A stretch of DNA of 64,000 bases, taken from Isurus oxyrinchus. Taxonomy: Eukaryota. How positions within the stretch are numbered: the stretch's first letter is position 1; every line of letters begins with the position of its first letter. The stretch spans positions 1-64,000 of the forward strand of contig JANJGN010002606.1 of the NCBI GenBank assembly GCA_026770705.1. Reading direction: 5' to 3'. The translations under genes and the position numbers were made by a program. The notes below the pieces were generated by a model. That model saw only the letters and a list, made by a program, of their open reading frames with translations. It searched no databases and was not told the DNA's origin. Below, piece by piece: positions 49,530-61,934 of the stretch.

Positions 49530-49965
49530 CAACTGAATTCACTAAGCATCTCCCCAGGGATCCTCTCTTCCTGTTCCATTCCGTCTGATACCATCCTCCT
49601 GAATTCACTGAGCATCACCCCAGGGGTCCTCTCTCCCTGCTCCATTCCCTCTGACACCATCCTCCTGAACATCACCCCAGGGGTCCTCTATCCCTGCTCC
49701 ATTCCCTCTGACACCATCCTCCTGAACATCACCCCAGAGATCCTCTCTTCCTCCTCCAGTACCATCCTCCTGAACTCACTGAGCATCGCCCCAGAGATTC
49801 TCTCTCCCGGCTCCATTCCTTCTGATACCATCCTCCTGAACTCATTGAACATCACCCCAGGGATCCTCCCTTCCTGCTCCATTCCCTCCATTGCCATCCT
49901 CCTGACCTCTCTGAACATCACCCCAGGGATCCTCCCTTCCTGCTCCATTCCCTCTGATACCAGCT
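49530..49965. repeat. 66-bp minisatellite with in-frame length variants
   Basis: ctgaattcactgagcatcaccccaggggtcctctctccctgctccattccctctgacaccatcctc, about 7 units. Confidence 0.88.
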
Positions 49966-50086
49966 CAAATGGGAAGCTTCAACTCTCACTCCACTGATTC
50001 TGGCAGAGGCTGTTAAGCGTTTTCAGTTTTAAACCAATAAAAAGAACTCTCCGTTTAAGCAGTGTGACATGAGCAAAGAACCCTCA

Positions 50087-50158
50087 TTCCCAAACCAGAA
50101 ATTTAATCCGGGCTGCGGCATTGAAAGGGCCAAATTCTAACCACATGGCCACCAGGGA
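50087..50158 (-). pseudogene. tRNA-Glu(TTC) pseudogene
   Basis: Minus strand TCCCTGGTGGCCATGTGGTTAGAATTTGGCCCTTTCAATGCCGCAGCCCGGATTAAATTTCTGGTTTGGGAA is colinear (72 nt) with vertebrate tRNA-Glu. The T-loop/B box and stems are damaged. Confidence 0.8.
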
Positions 50159-50594
50159 TGTTATCTTTGTGTTTTGATAAATGATACTTTTGCCAATTTT
50201 TTCATTTCAAGCTGCTTTATCCAGAGACAAAATGACCTATTCAGCCAACTAAACAACCATTGCCATTGGCTGGAACATGAAATTGACAATGTGGTGAAAT
50301 AGTACCAAAAGCTGTGAATTGCAAAATTCAATTTCCAAAACCCACCAATCTAATCACTGCAGCTCCTGTGCAACTTGCAAGGCAACACACGACAGACATT
50401 CATCATCGAAAGTAATTGACCGACATAAAATTCTTCCACTTTCATGTTACATCTTCTAACTCCTAACCTCCACCTCAGTCATTTCCAGTTCTATTTAATA
50501 CCCATTTGGAACTTTAACTCTGCTCCTCATTCCACGGATTTTGGCCGACTTGCTATGCATTTTATATTATAATAAAGCCAGGAATTTGTGCTCT

Positions 50595-51270
50595 AATAAA
50601 AACAGGGGCGCTGAAGTTCCCAGCAGGTCTGGCATCATCTGTGGAGACAGAAACAGGTTGAATGTTTTCAGGCCATATGGCACTTCTTCAGACCTGAAAG
50701 GAGATAGAAATGTGATGGGTTTTATGCTGCTGAGGGGGCAGAGGGTTGGGGGCGCGGTTAAGAAAATGGAGCAAAAATGTTCAGGGATAGGTTGGAGATC
50801 TGGAGAGATTAAATGACAAAGATATCATGGAACACAAGTCAAAGGCAAAGTAAATGATATTATTAATTATGAAAGCAGGTGTTAATATCTAGACAAAGGT
50901 CAGCACTGACTGGAAGCAAAATAGCAGAATGTGTTAATTGCGGAAAAAGGGTCGGCGCTGTCTGAAAGCAAACATGAGAACAAGATGCAAACTGGCACTT
51001 GGGGGGTGGGAGGCTGCAGGGAAATTAAAATGGAGGATGGAGTTGATGGTGTGAATCTGTTGACCTCAATGTTGAGTCCAGAAGGCTGTAGAGTGCCTAT
51101 TGAGAAGATGAGGTGCTGTTCCTTCAGTTCGCATTGAGCTTCACTGGAACATTGTAGAAGGGTGAGGACAAAAATGTGAGTGTGAGCGAGATGGTGACAG
51201 GCAGGTCTGGGTTATGCTTGTGGACTGAGTGAAAGTGTTCCACAAAGCGGACAGTCAGTCTCCACTGAAA
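50595..51270 (-). mobile_element. Penelope-like element 3' part: GIY-YIG endonuclease C-terminus, UTR and hammerhead motif (copy G)
   Basis: Minus strand gives RFVEHFHSVHKHNPDLPV and EAQCELKEQHLIFSIGTLQPSGLNIE, then CAGGT CTGAAGA...GAAAACATTCA ACCTG at 50654-50696. Confidence 0.82.
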
Positions 51271-52952
51271 AAACATACAGAAAGAAACATTCTTCTCTTG
51301 CATCTTTCCAACCTGCTTTTTCTTTCTGAGCCTTTTTAATGTGAAGCTACACAACTAATGTGAGTGAAGTTTGCGATGGTAAAAATGGGTCCATCCCCTC
51401 GTGGAACCGAACCGCTTTGATACATTCCTGATCCGAACCACTCGCTGTGCAACATAGAAGCCCCTTTAAAACTGTAACTATTATTTTCAGTTTCCTCTCC
51501 TCTCCGACCAAAATGAATCACTTCACACTTCCAGACATTAAATTTCAGCTGCCACTTGTCCATCCAAATGGATTTGTTGAAGGGGCAGAAAGGAGAACCG
51601 ACTCAAACTGGGAATGAAAGAGTGAGAATGAAAGAAGAGATGTGACGGGTGTTGTCGATCCCAGGGGAAAGAGACTCTGTTCATTGTGACAGTTCACACA
51701 GCAACAAGGAAACAATATTCCCTGATGAGGGCCAACTGCGAGCGGCAGGAGCGGGAGTGCCGAATAACAGCCTGTTTAGTTAAAACATAGAAGGCTTCTT
51801 CAGCCAATAACAGCATCGAGTGCGCTCGACATGAACATGAAGTGAACAGTGAGGGGAAATAGTGCCACAAGCTGCGGATGTACAACGTTCAATTTCCAAA
51901 TCCACCAACAGAATCAATGCGGCTCCTCTGAAACTTTCAAGGCAAATATTGATCCTTTATCAGATGCCGTTCCCAGAACTATACACAGTCCTCCAGGTGT
52001 GACCTAACCAGGGCTTTGTATGGCTGCAGCAAACCTTTCCCTCTTTTCTATAACAGTCTCTGTAACAGGTTGTACAACAAGAGAAATTAGATTGTATAAG
52101 TCGACTGAGAAAAACGAGGACATGCTTGATCTGAATCAATCTCTTTGGAAGGTTTGGTATGAAATCAGCTGCATAAATACATTTATGGTTCAAAAACTAT
52201 ATCGGAATCTAAAGTCCAACTCCTGATGTCATTGGGTCAGGGAAACTTTGTTAATGATCACACAGTGTGCTGGGCACTGCAGAAACTCCTGCACCTCTTT
52301 AATATTGTTCCATAACTTTCATAAGCTCCATGAAATCTCTGTTTAACCTCCTTTGTTCTAAAAAGAACAATCGCGGCCTCAATAATCTCTCCACAAAGCT
52401 GAATTTCGTCATCTATAGACATGACACAAGGTGGAAAATTGCAATGAGATTTTAGAAAATATTGCCAGCTGGCAGTTGGGAAGATGGAAAAGGAACCAAA
52501 GCAGAAAGTCCAGTCTCCAGCTTTGTGAATCTTTCCAAATTCTTTGGGAACCGGGATCAGAGGAGAATGAAGGGTGAACTGTCCGACTGACCGTTCAAGG
52601 TACCGTTCCCTTCTTTAAGGTACTGGAACATTGACTCTGATGTTATCATTGAAATTAACTGATCTGAGACATGGAAAGGATTCTCCTCACTGCACATCAG
52701 CAATTCAAGCCGAATATTGGTTTCGGGACAATCAGAACACTTGGTGACAGACAAGGCACCAAAAGGATCGAAGGGAGACTGTAGGAGAGCTGGTTCCAAG
52801 TGACACAGATGTGTCTGCAGTAGGTGGGATCAGACTGTTTCCATGTATCTAAATCAATGCCTTACATTTTATTTTGGAAAAGTAAAACTCGTAGAGAACA
52901 ATGATCATTCTAATAGGGGTAATCTGAAGCTTTAAGTACATATCTTGCGACT

Positions 52953-53026
52953 TTTTCTGTGGTGCAATTGGTCAGCATGTTCGGCTGTTAACTGGAAGGT
53001 TGGTAGTTCGAGACCACCTGGAGACG
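52953..53026 (+). pseudogene. tRNA-Asn(GTT), probably a pseudogene
   Basis: 74 nt colinear with vertebrate tRNA-Asn (TGTGGTGCAATTGGTCAGC...CTGTTAA...GTTCGAGACCACC). The acceptor stem has a mismatch and several GU pairs. Confidence 0.82.
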
Positions 53027-53904
53027 AAGCTTTCACTGTTTATCAGCCCATCACATTCATCACCCCACAGCTCTGGGTTGTTAAGGTGCATATTGTTTTC
53101 AAGCAAATAATCCACATTTCTGTTATTCAGTGACCCACACAAACGGTTGCTTTCTTATGAATATTTCAAATGTAAAGAGAAAATTATTAGGCCCACCATG
53201 TACCAATATCTAACTCATTGGAAAGATATGAAGTTATATGATTCAAACAAACCCATCAGTGATTCTCTCTTCCTCAGCTCCACAGTGAGTGGGACAGGGA
53301 AGAGCGGAGAAGCGGCAATATTCCGGCCCCACACTCTCCAATCACCCGCTGCCAGCAGAAAGCAGCGACAGCAGCTTCAATCAGCAGATTACTGTCCATC
53401 CCTGGGATGCAAGATACTCCAACACGGGCTAAACCTCCCAATACACCGAGCACAGGCTCAGGCAAACACAGGTAGATTAGATCCCGGCCACTAAACCTCC
53501 GAGCAGCATTAACAGAATTCCCGAGAGACGGAGTCACAAATAAAAACGACGACAAACTTTGTAAATCTTTTCACTGTGAAATTCTATCTTTTTATTTAAA
53601 AACTGACAATTGTGAATCTGAAAATGAGCACCATGGGATTTGTGTTACCGACTGACTTGTTTTCCATTGTTTGTCCGACAGGTTTGCAACTCAATTTGTG
53701 TTGGAGATTGAAGCGAATCTGATTTCAAAATGTGGTTATAAAACAGATAAACATTAAATCCAGGAACAAATCCTGAGGAAAATAGATCACAATGTTTGAA
53801 AGGAGGTGCAGCTGAGAAGCAGACGCTGTAAATGATGTTATTGATGATCGATGGGAAAGCATTGGACCCTTGGGCTTCTGGTGGTCAATTTCCTTCTCTC
53901 CCAT

Positions 53905-54251
53905 TGCATTCAGACTGTTAACTCGCTGTGATGTTTTCCCTTCCCACATTCGGAGCAGGTTAATGGCCTCTCCACAGTGTGAACTTGCTGGTGTCTCAGC
54001 CGATAGATGTATGAGTGAATCCCTTCCCACACATGGAGCAGGTTAATAACTTCCCACCAGTGTGACTGCATAGTGAATTTCCAGCTAAGATGGGTGACTC
54101 AATCCTTCCTCACATTCCCCACATTTTACAGATTCTCATCAATGTAACCATGCTTGTATTTCAACAGGCCAGATGATGCATTGAATCCTCGTCCACACAC
54201 AGGACACGTGTACAGTTTCTCCCCACTGTGAACGGTGCTTTTTCCTTCCAT
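53905..54251 (-). pseudogene. C2H2 (Kruppel-type) zinc-finger pseudogene
   Basis: Minus strand [23 protein letters not shown], then broken CSMCGKGF and HTVERPLTCSECGKG fingers with stops and frameshifts. Candidate acceptor tttcacag at 54360. Confidence 0.88.
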
Positions 54252-54829
54252 GTTCAAACTCTGATGATATTCAGGCTACGATAAACTGGGCGACTCAGCC
54301 AGATCCTAGTGTGATGTTGGTTTGAGTTTCCTGACTGCAAATCTTCCCCTCCTAATACCCTGTGAAAATGATTTAAAACAGAAAAACGGGAGTGAGGGAG
54401 AACCCACAAAAACACAAAGGCAGGTTGTGAAATTGAACTGAAAATTTGGAAATTTGTGGGACAGACACTACGGCAAAATGACATTCAAAGCTGTTGGATT
54501 GTCAAAACAATTCAACTGGTTGACTAATGTTCATCAGAGAAGGGAACCTTACACTCAGTCTGGGCCTACACAAGACCTCTATAGGAGGAGAGAGGCGGAG
54601 ACAAAGAGGGATATAGAGAGAGAAAATGAGGGAGAAATGCAAAAGGAGAGATAGAGAGTGATGTAAGAGGGTAAGGTTCAGAGGGAGAGAGAGATAGAGA
54701 GAGAGAGAGGTGAGAGTGGCAGGGGTGAAAGAGAGGGATTTCATATCAGCTCGACCAGAACTTTAACAGAACGTCTGAATCTACACCATCTAGAAGGAGC
54801 AAGGTAACAGGTGTACGCAAACGCACGCA

Positions 54830-55760
54830 CCATCCTGACTTGTCTGGCATCCAGTGCTGCATGAACAGAAATGTCCTCCAATTAAATATTGGAAAAATTA
54901 AAGCCATTGTCTTTAGCCCCTCCCACCGACCCCTCCCCCCTCCCCACAACCACCACCACCACCACCCCCGACACCCCCCCCCCCCCCCCCCACACACCCC
55001 GGCCCCCTACAAACGTCACTCCTTAGCCAATGGCTCCTTTCCTCTCCCCAGCAATTGTCTGAGGCTGAACCAGATTCTTCTAAAACTTGATGTCATGCTT
55101 CAAACATATCTGCATCATCACAAAGATCGCTGATTCCCACCTCACCGAACCCTGTCCTAGTCTCAGCTCACCCAATTCTGAAACTCTCATCCATTCCTTT
55201 ATTATCTCTAGACTTAACTACCCTAATGCACCCCAGGCCAGCCTCCCACATTCACCTCCCCAGTAAACTTGAGGTGATGCAACACTCTGCTACCCATGTG
55301 TTTGTTTGCAATAAGTCTCATCACCTCTGTGCCCGCTGACCGAAAAAGGCTCACGTTTAAGAAGCACCAATTTTTAAAAATTCTCATCCTTGTTTTCAAA
55401 TCCCTCTGGGGCTGCAATCACCCCTTTCTCTGTGATCTCCTCCAGGCCAACAACACTTCAGGATCTCTGCACTGATCTAATCCTGATCTCTTGACCATTC
55501 TCAATTAATCACTCCACCACTGGTTGCCATTTTTTAAGTTTCCGAGACCCCAAGCTCTGAAATTTCCTCCCTAAACCTCCCCACATCTCTATTCACTTTC
55601 TTCTATTAAGATACTCCTTAGCCTTACTCTTTCACAAAGCTTTTGGTCACCTGCCCTAATGTCTCCATATGAGGCTCGGTGTCAAATGTTGCTTTGTAAT
55701 ATTTCTACAAAATGCTTTGGAACATTCAGTTACATGAAAGATGCTATATGAATACAAATT
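54830..55760 (+). mobile_element. L2 LINE 3' region with an internal poly-C tract
   Basis: CMNRNVLQLNIGKIKAIVF and an SRL-Y-NA-like motif, followed by an L2-type tail. Confidence 0.7.
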
Positions 55761-56539
55761 ATTGTTAGTTTGGATATATATTACTGTTCCTTCATCGCCA
55801 CAGGGTGAAAGGTTCTGTAACTCCCTATCTAACAACATTGTGGGAGCACCTTCACACGGGTTGCAGAGGTTCAAGAAGGTCAAACATCATCTTCCCCACA
55901 GGTAAATGGGGATGGGCAATATCTGCTGCTGGCCTTGTTAGTGGCACTGAAATCTCAAGGATTGCCTGTGTCGGATGGGGCGGTCCTTCCTTTAAACTCC
56001 ATCTGAGAGGAAAGTGACTGCTCCCGAGAGCTGGATGAGAGGAGGCAGCTCAGAGTCAGATGCTGAACACACTGCAGCCCACATGGACATTACAAACTGC
56101 CCCCTTTCTTGGGTACTCATTGCTGGAGGCGTAGCAACCAGCACATAGGAACAGAAGCAGGCCATTCAGCCCCTCAAACCTGCTCCACCATTCTATTCGC
56201 TAAGCTCCCTTTTCCCATCTTTGTCAAATTACTTTTATATCTTTGCTTAACAAAATTCAATCTATTCATGTCTTGAAAAATTCAACTGACCACCAGCATT
56301 CACAGCTTTTTGGGGACGTTGGTCCTGGTTCCCACAACTCTTGTCTGAACACGTTGTTCCTGATTTCACTCCAGGTTCTACTGTTTTGATTCTGCCCCCT
56401 TGTTCTCGATTCCCCAGCAGAGCAAATGTTTTCCCTGAATCTACCCTCACAAACACATTGATCATTTTAAAAAACAGCATATCACCCCTGAAACTTCAAT
56501 ATTTCATGAAATATAAACCAATTTTCTGCAGCCTGTTCA

Positions 56540-56840
56540 CCTTGAAGTGCAGCAGCATTGACTTTAATGACTTGGAGGAGCTTTCTATGAACTGTTCAGA
56601 ATGGCGACAACTTATCCATCAAGCTGCATCACACTTTGAGTCACAGTGTCTTCAAGATGAGGCACAGCAGCAGAGAAGTGGAATCAAATGCTGTCCAGAT
56701 CCCAATACTTCATGGATGTCCTGCCCCATGAGTCCAAATATCTGCAGGTCAAGAATCAGTCTGTTCATTTGCAAGAAGACCCATGGCAGAAACTCACCAC
56801 CCTGAGTAGACATCATCCTTGAATCGAGAGGCTGCTGACA
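56540..56840 (+). mobile_element. RTE LINE 3' end fragment (paralog at about 62700-63000)
   Basis: EELSMNCSEWRQLI...CP..C...H; the two copies share ccctgagtagacatca...aatcgag...ctgctgac. Confidence 0.65.
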
Positions 56841-57849
56841 AAGTATTAAACAACAACTAACACAGGCACTTGAGCACTGAGAGAATACACATAGATGGAC
56901 AGGTTGTTTAACAGAATTCTGACCACAGAAAGTTCATTCCAGTGAAGCCAGACTGAACATGAAGATAAGGCAGAGATAGAGGCAGATATGATAGCCCAAG
57001 ATTAAACATAATGCAAACTGAATTAGAATCACCATTGGAGCAGCTTTATTAGATTCACAATAACTAAGCACAATAAACAGAGGCCTTTCACTGTAGGATA
57101 ATGAAAATACTGGACAAAGATAGGAATAGTTTCATTCTGAGGGTTTGAGGAGAGGCTTGGTAGAGTATAGACAAAGGGTGTGGCTTCTGCAGCTACTGCA
57201 GTTCTGCACTCTCAGAAGGAAGGGGGTGTTTAGATTATGTAAGTGTCACCATTAAGCTGCAAACATAAAATCAAGGCTTTATTTAAGCAATGAAATGGAT
57301 ATAGAAATGAAGAGGCTCTGTCGGTTCAATGGAACTTGAGGGATTTAGGGTTATTAATAAAAATGAAACATTCTCGCCTCTGAGCCAGAAACTCCTCTGC
57401 AGACAGTGCTGGAGAGTGAAGACGGCTCTCCAGCTCATTCTGAATTGACATCAGGCAGGATAGGTGTATCCGGCGGGCCTGGCTGTTCTCTCCCATTGGG
57501 TGAGTTGATCAAACTCTCCCGGCTGATGCCGGAACAACAAACCGGCTGGAATTAAATGGTTCCAAACACGGAAGGGGGGTTAACAGCCTGCAAATTCTTC
57601 CACTAATTCACACTGTTCTCCAAGGGATGAATTCAAAAAGAAACAATCACTACGCCCTGTCATTTCCCGAAATAATTCCTGCTGCCTGTCCTGACTGAAT
57701 CCATTTCAGCAACAAATGTTGATATGTTTGCTCCACACCCACAGGTGTGGACAGTTTCATCTGTTTAAAGCCACAAACAGAAAGGTCCAGTTTTCTCCTG
57801 GAGTTTGAGACAAATCAGCTTTCAAAATGATGCCGTTTCTAGCAATGAG

Positions 57850-58230
57850 GGAGATCCGGACTCAGCCCCGCCCCTCATTCACTCCAATTGGTTGGAGGAC
57901 CAGCCACTTTCGCTTGGTCCTCTAGTCCAGCCCCGTCTTCCTATTGGTCCCGAGTTGCCGTCAATCAGTCTCCGTGCATTGTGATCTGAGCATGCGCACG
58001 CCATGGCGACGGACGGTAAGAGAGCTCGAGCGAGCGGGTTTAAAATGGAGGGTTTACAAAGACCGAATGCGGATCCAGAGCCCAAAATAAAACCTGCAAC
58101 ATTTTCTACTTAAGACGCGACTAGAAACCGTAAACATTATCCCTGACTTCCCGGTTTCTCCCGCTCATGTCTGACTTTGGAGTGAGTCCGGCGAGGCCCC
58201 AGCGCATGTGCAATGTCAGCTCATTCAGGA
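57850..58230. promoter_or_regulatory. CpG-rich housekeeping-type promoter cassette (GC box, CCAAT boxes, NRF1-like)
   Basis: CCCCGCCCC, CCAATTGG, ATTGG, GAGCATGCGCA and GCGCATGTGCA; lies upstream of the minus-strand ZNF pseudogene. Confidence 0.6.
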
Positions 58231-58559
58231 AGCGTCTGTAAATGGAGAGAAAGTGGTAAAAGTTAGGGAGCGTCTCTAAAAATGGTGATTGTCAGGAAAT
58301 GTCTGCAAATGAAGGAAATAATGACTGAGCATGGAGTGCTTAAAAAGCAAGGGAACGTGCTGATGAACAGAGAATGTCTGTAAAGAATCATTGAGTCATA
58401 GAATTTTATAACACGGTTACCAGAGAAGAAGATGATGCTTGACCTTGAACTTTTGCAGTCTGTGTGGTGAAACTGCTCCCACATTTCTGTGAGATAAGGA
58501 GTTATAGGAATTTCACTCAGTGATGATGAAGGAATGTTGACATGTCCAAATCAACAACA

Positions 58560-60425
58560 ACAATGTGAGTTTATATGGCGCCTTTCTTGTAATGGAAAAC
58601 TCCAAAGTGTTTCACAGGAGTTTTATGAAGGAACTTTTGCCACTGAGCCCACAAAAGGAGATGTTTGGCTAGATGACCAAAAGTTTGGTCAGAGATAGGT
58701 TTTAAGAATTATCTTGGAGGGTATGAGGCTGGAGAAAATCAGAGATAGGAAGGAGCGATATCCTGAAGAGATTTGAGAGCAAAAATGATAAATTTAAAAT
58801 TTAGGTGCTTCTTAGTCTGGAAACGTACCTCAGCGAGCATGATGGTGATGAGTGAACAAGACTTGGTGGAGTAAGCACATGAGCAGCAGAGTTTTGAATG
58901 ACCTCAAGATCACAGGGAGGTTTAATGTGGGAGGCCGGCTGGGATTGCGTTAGGATAGTTAAGTCTATAGGTAACAAATGAATAGATAAGAATTTCAATT
59001 GCAGAGCAACTGAGACTAGGATGGAGTTGGATGATACTGAGGTGGAAATGGGCAGTCTTGGTGATGATAAAGGGGAGCCTGTAGACAAACTGTACTTGGA
59101 TTTCCAGAAGGCATTTGATAAGATGCCACATCAAAGGTTATCGCGACAAATAAAAGCTCATGGTGTAGGATGTAACATGTTAGTATGGATAGAATATTGG
59201 CTGGCTGGCAGAAAACAGAGAGTATGCATAAATTGGTCTTTGTTGATTGGCAGAATGTAATGAGTGGAGTCCCACAGGATCTGTGCTGGCACCTCAACTT
59301 TTTACAATAGATATCAATGACTTAGATGAGGGGAGAGAAGCCATTGTAGCTAAATTTGCAGATGACATGAAGATATGTAGAAATGTATGTTGTGAAGAGG
59401 ACATAAGGAGGTTGCAGACGCATATAGATAGGCTGACTGATTGAGCAGAGATCTGGCAAATGGAGTTTAATGTTGGAAAATGTGAAGTTGTTCACTTTAG
59501 CAGGAAGAATAAAAAAATAGAGTGTTACTTAAATGGAGAATGACTGCAGAATTCCAAGGTGAAGAGGGATCTAGGTGTTCTAGTGCATGAGGCACAAAAA
59601 GTTAGTATGCAGGTATAGCAAGTAGTTAAGAAGGCTAAGGGAATACTTTTCTTTATTACGAGAGGAATTGAACATCAAAGCAAGGATGTTATGCTTCAGT
59701 TATACAGGGCATTGGTGAGACCACATATCAAATACAGTGTGCAGTTTTTAGTCTCCTTATTCAAAAAAAGATGTAAATACATTGGAGGTGGTTCAAAGGA
59801 GGTTTACTAGATTGCTACCTGAATGAGCGGGTTGTCTTTTGAGGATAGGTTGGACAGGTTAGGCTTGTTTCCACTGGAGTTTAGAAAAGGGAGGGGTGAC
59901 TTGATTGAAATATATAAGATCCTGAATGGTCTTGACAAGGTGAATATGCAAAGGATGTTTCCTCTTGTGGGTGAGTCCAAAACTAGGGGCATTGTTTTGA
60001 AATTAGGAGGCGCCCTTTTAGGACAGAGATGAGGAGAATTTTTTTCTCTGAGGACTCTGGAACTCCCTGCCTCAGAAGTCAGTGGTGGTGGAGTCATTGA
60101 ATATTTTTAAGGCAGAGGTAGATAGATTCTTGTTAGGCACATGAATCAAAGTTTATCGGGGGTAGATGGGAATGTGGAATTTGAAATGCAAGTAATCAGT
60201 CATGATTATATTGAATGGCGGCGTGGGCTCAAGGGGCTGAATGACCTAGTTATTCTCCTATTTTGCATGTTTGCATGATGCGGATATGTGGTTTGAAGGT
60301 TAGTTTGGGGTGAAACATGACACCGATGTTGTGAACAGTCTGGTTCAGCCTCAGACAGTTGCTGGGGAGATGATGGAGTCAGTGGCTGTGGAGTGGAGAA
60401 GGGACTGAAGACAATGGTTTTAGTT
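58560..60425. mobile_element. CR1 LINE (+, 59070-60280) nested within an L2 LINE (-)
   Basis: YLDFQKAFDK, SGVPQGS, KFADD and the CR1 C-terminus, flanked on both sides by colinear L2 sequence. Confidence 0.85.
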
Positions 60426-60427
60426 AT

Positions 60428-61050
60428 CGGGGAGACGTTGGCATAGTGGTATTGTCACTGGAGAAGTAATTCAGAGATCAGGGTAATGCTTGAGGGACCC
60501 AGGTTCAAATCCCACCACAACATCAGGCTTTCACCAAGACACTTTACACAGCACCTTCCAAACCCACAGCCACAACTACCTAGGAGGACAAGGGCAGCAG
60601 ATAGATGGGAAAACCACCACCTGGAGGTTCCCCTCCAAGTAACTCACCATCCTGACTTGGAAATATATTGCCATTTCTTCACTGTCACTGGGTCAAAATC
60701 CTGGAACTCCCTTCCTAACAGCACTGTGAGTGTACCTACACCACATGGACTGCAGCGGTTCAAGAAGGCAGCTCACCCCATCTTCTCAAGGACAACTAGG
60801 AATGGGGAATAAACACTGGCCCAGCCAGCGAAGCCCATGAGTGAATAAAAAAAACTTTACAAGACAGATGGTGGAATTTAATTTCAATGAAAAATCTAAT
60901 GTTGGCAACAAAATCATTGTCGATAGTCGTAAAAACCCATCTAGTTCACTAATGTCCTTTAGGGGAGGAAATCTGCCAAACTTATCTGGTCTGGCCTATG
61001 TGTGACTCCAGACCCACAAGAATGTGATTGACTCTGAAATGCCCTCAGTT
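60428..61050 (+). mobile_element. tRNA-derived SINE interrupted by a LINE 3' fragment (about 60520-60853)
   Basis: A/B-box head tggcatagtggt...ggttcaaatccc; the SINE body resumes at 60865. Confidence 0.75.
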
Positions 61051-61419
61051 GTATCAAACCACGACTGGAAAATGATTAAGAAATGAAACCAGACCACCCG
61101 GCATCGGCCCAGGTACCAGAAGCGACAAAGGCAAACTCAGCCCTGTCAACCCGATGAAGTCCTCCATACTAACATCTGCAGGCTGGTGCCAAGAATGAGA
61201 GAGCTGTCTCATAGAGGAGTTAAGCAACAGCCTGACATACTCATATTCACGAAACGATAGTTCTTGTGGAGACAAAGTCCTGTCTTTACATTGAGGATAC
61301 CCTCCATTATGTTGTCTGGTACTATAACCCTAGATCTCAAACAAATCATGCAACCATGAGGTGCTGTGAGCCATCGACAGCAGCAGAATTGTACTCAACC
61401 ACAGTCTTCAATTTTGCCT

Positions 61420-61680
61420 TGAATCATCATCCCCTTGACATTTACTCAGTCTTCCATCCTATCGCAGACCATTTGTTCTTTCCTCCTCTCCCCCTCTCTT
61501 TTACCTGACCCTATATTTGCTGGAAAAGTATTAAATCTTTCACTCTTTCCTGTTTGGATAAAGGGTCACCGATGTGAAACATTCACTCTGTTTACCTCTC
61601 CATAGATACTGTTTGACCTGCTGAGTGTTTCCAACATTTTCTGTTTTGAGGTCAATTTCTAGCATCTGCAGTATTTTTTG
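61420..61680 (+). mobile_element. Penelope terminal fragment with decayed hammerhead (copy E)
   Basis: aagggtcaccgatgtgaaacattcactctg plus the shared tail. Confidence 0.65.
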
Positions 61681-61762
61681 GGGGGCCACTGTGTTTTCTC
61701 TCACTTATCATTACCTGTTTAAAGGTGAAGAAGAGCTTTTAAAGAATGAGACAGCTGTAATT

Positions 61763-61862
61763 GTCTTGAAGGGTCATTCGGACTCGAAACATTAACTGTG
61801 CTCCTCTCCACAAATGCTGCCAGACCTGCTGAGTTTTTCCAGGTATTTCTGTTTTTGTTTTA
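61763..61862 (+). mobile_element. Short Penelope-derived element, partial hammerhead (copy F)
   Basis: gaa gggtc attcg gactc gaaac att aac plus the shared tail; GTAATT at 61757-61762 and 61863-61868. Confidence 0.72.
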
Positions 61863-61934
61863 GTAATTATCACCCTGTTCAACATGAAACTAAACTAATT
61901 GGTAATTACTCATCGGTAATAATTTTAAACACAA

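Noticed and set aside
53274-53555. Second V segment or RSS (CACAGTG at 53281; 93-aa and 115-aa ORFs)
   Set aside because: No Ig Cys/Trp framework in the listed ORFs and no nonamer at the correct spacing.
54964-54991. Poly-C tract as a functional element
   Set aside because: A simple homopolymer expansion within an L2 fragment; its length may be a sequencing artefact.
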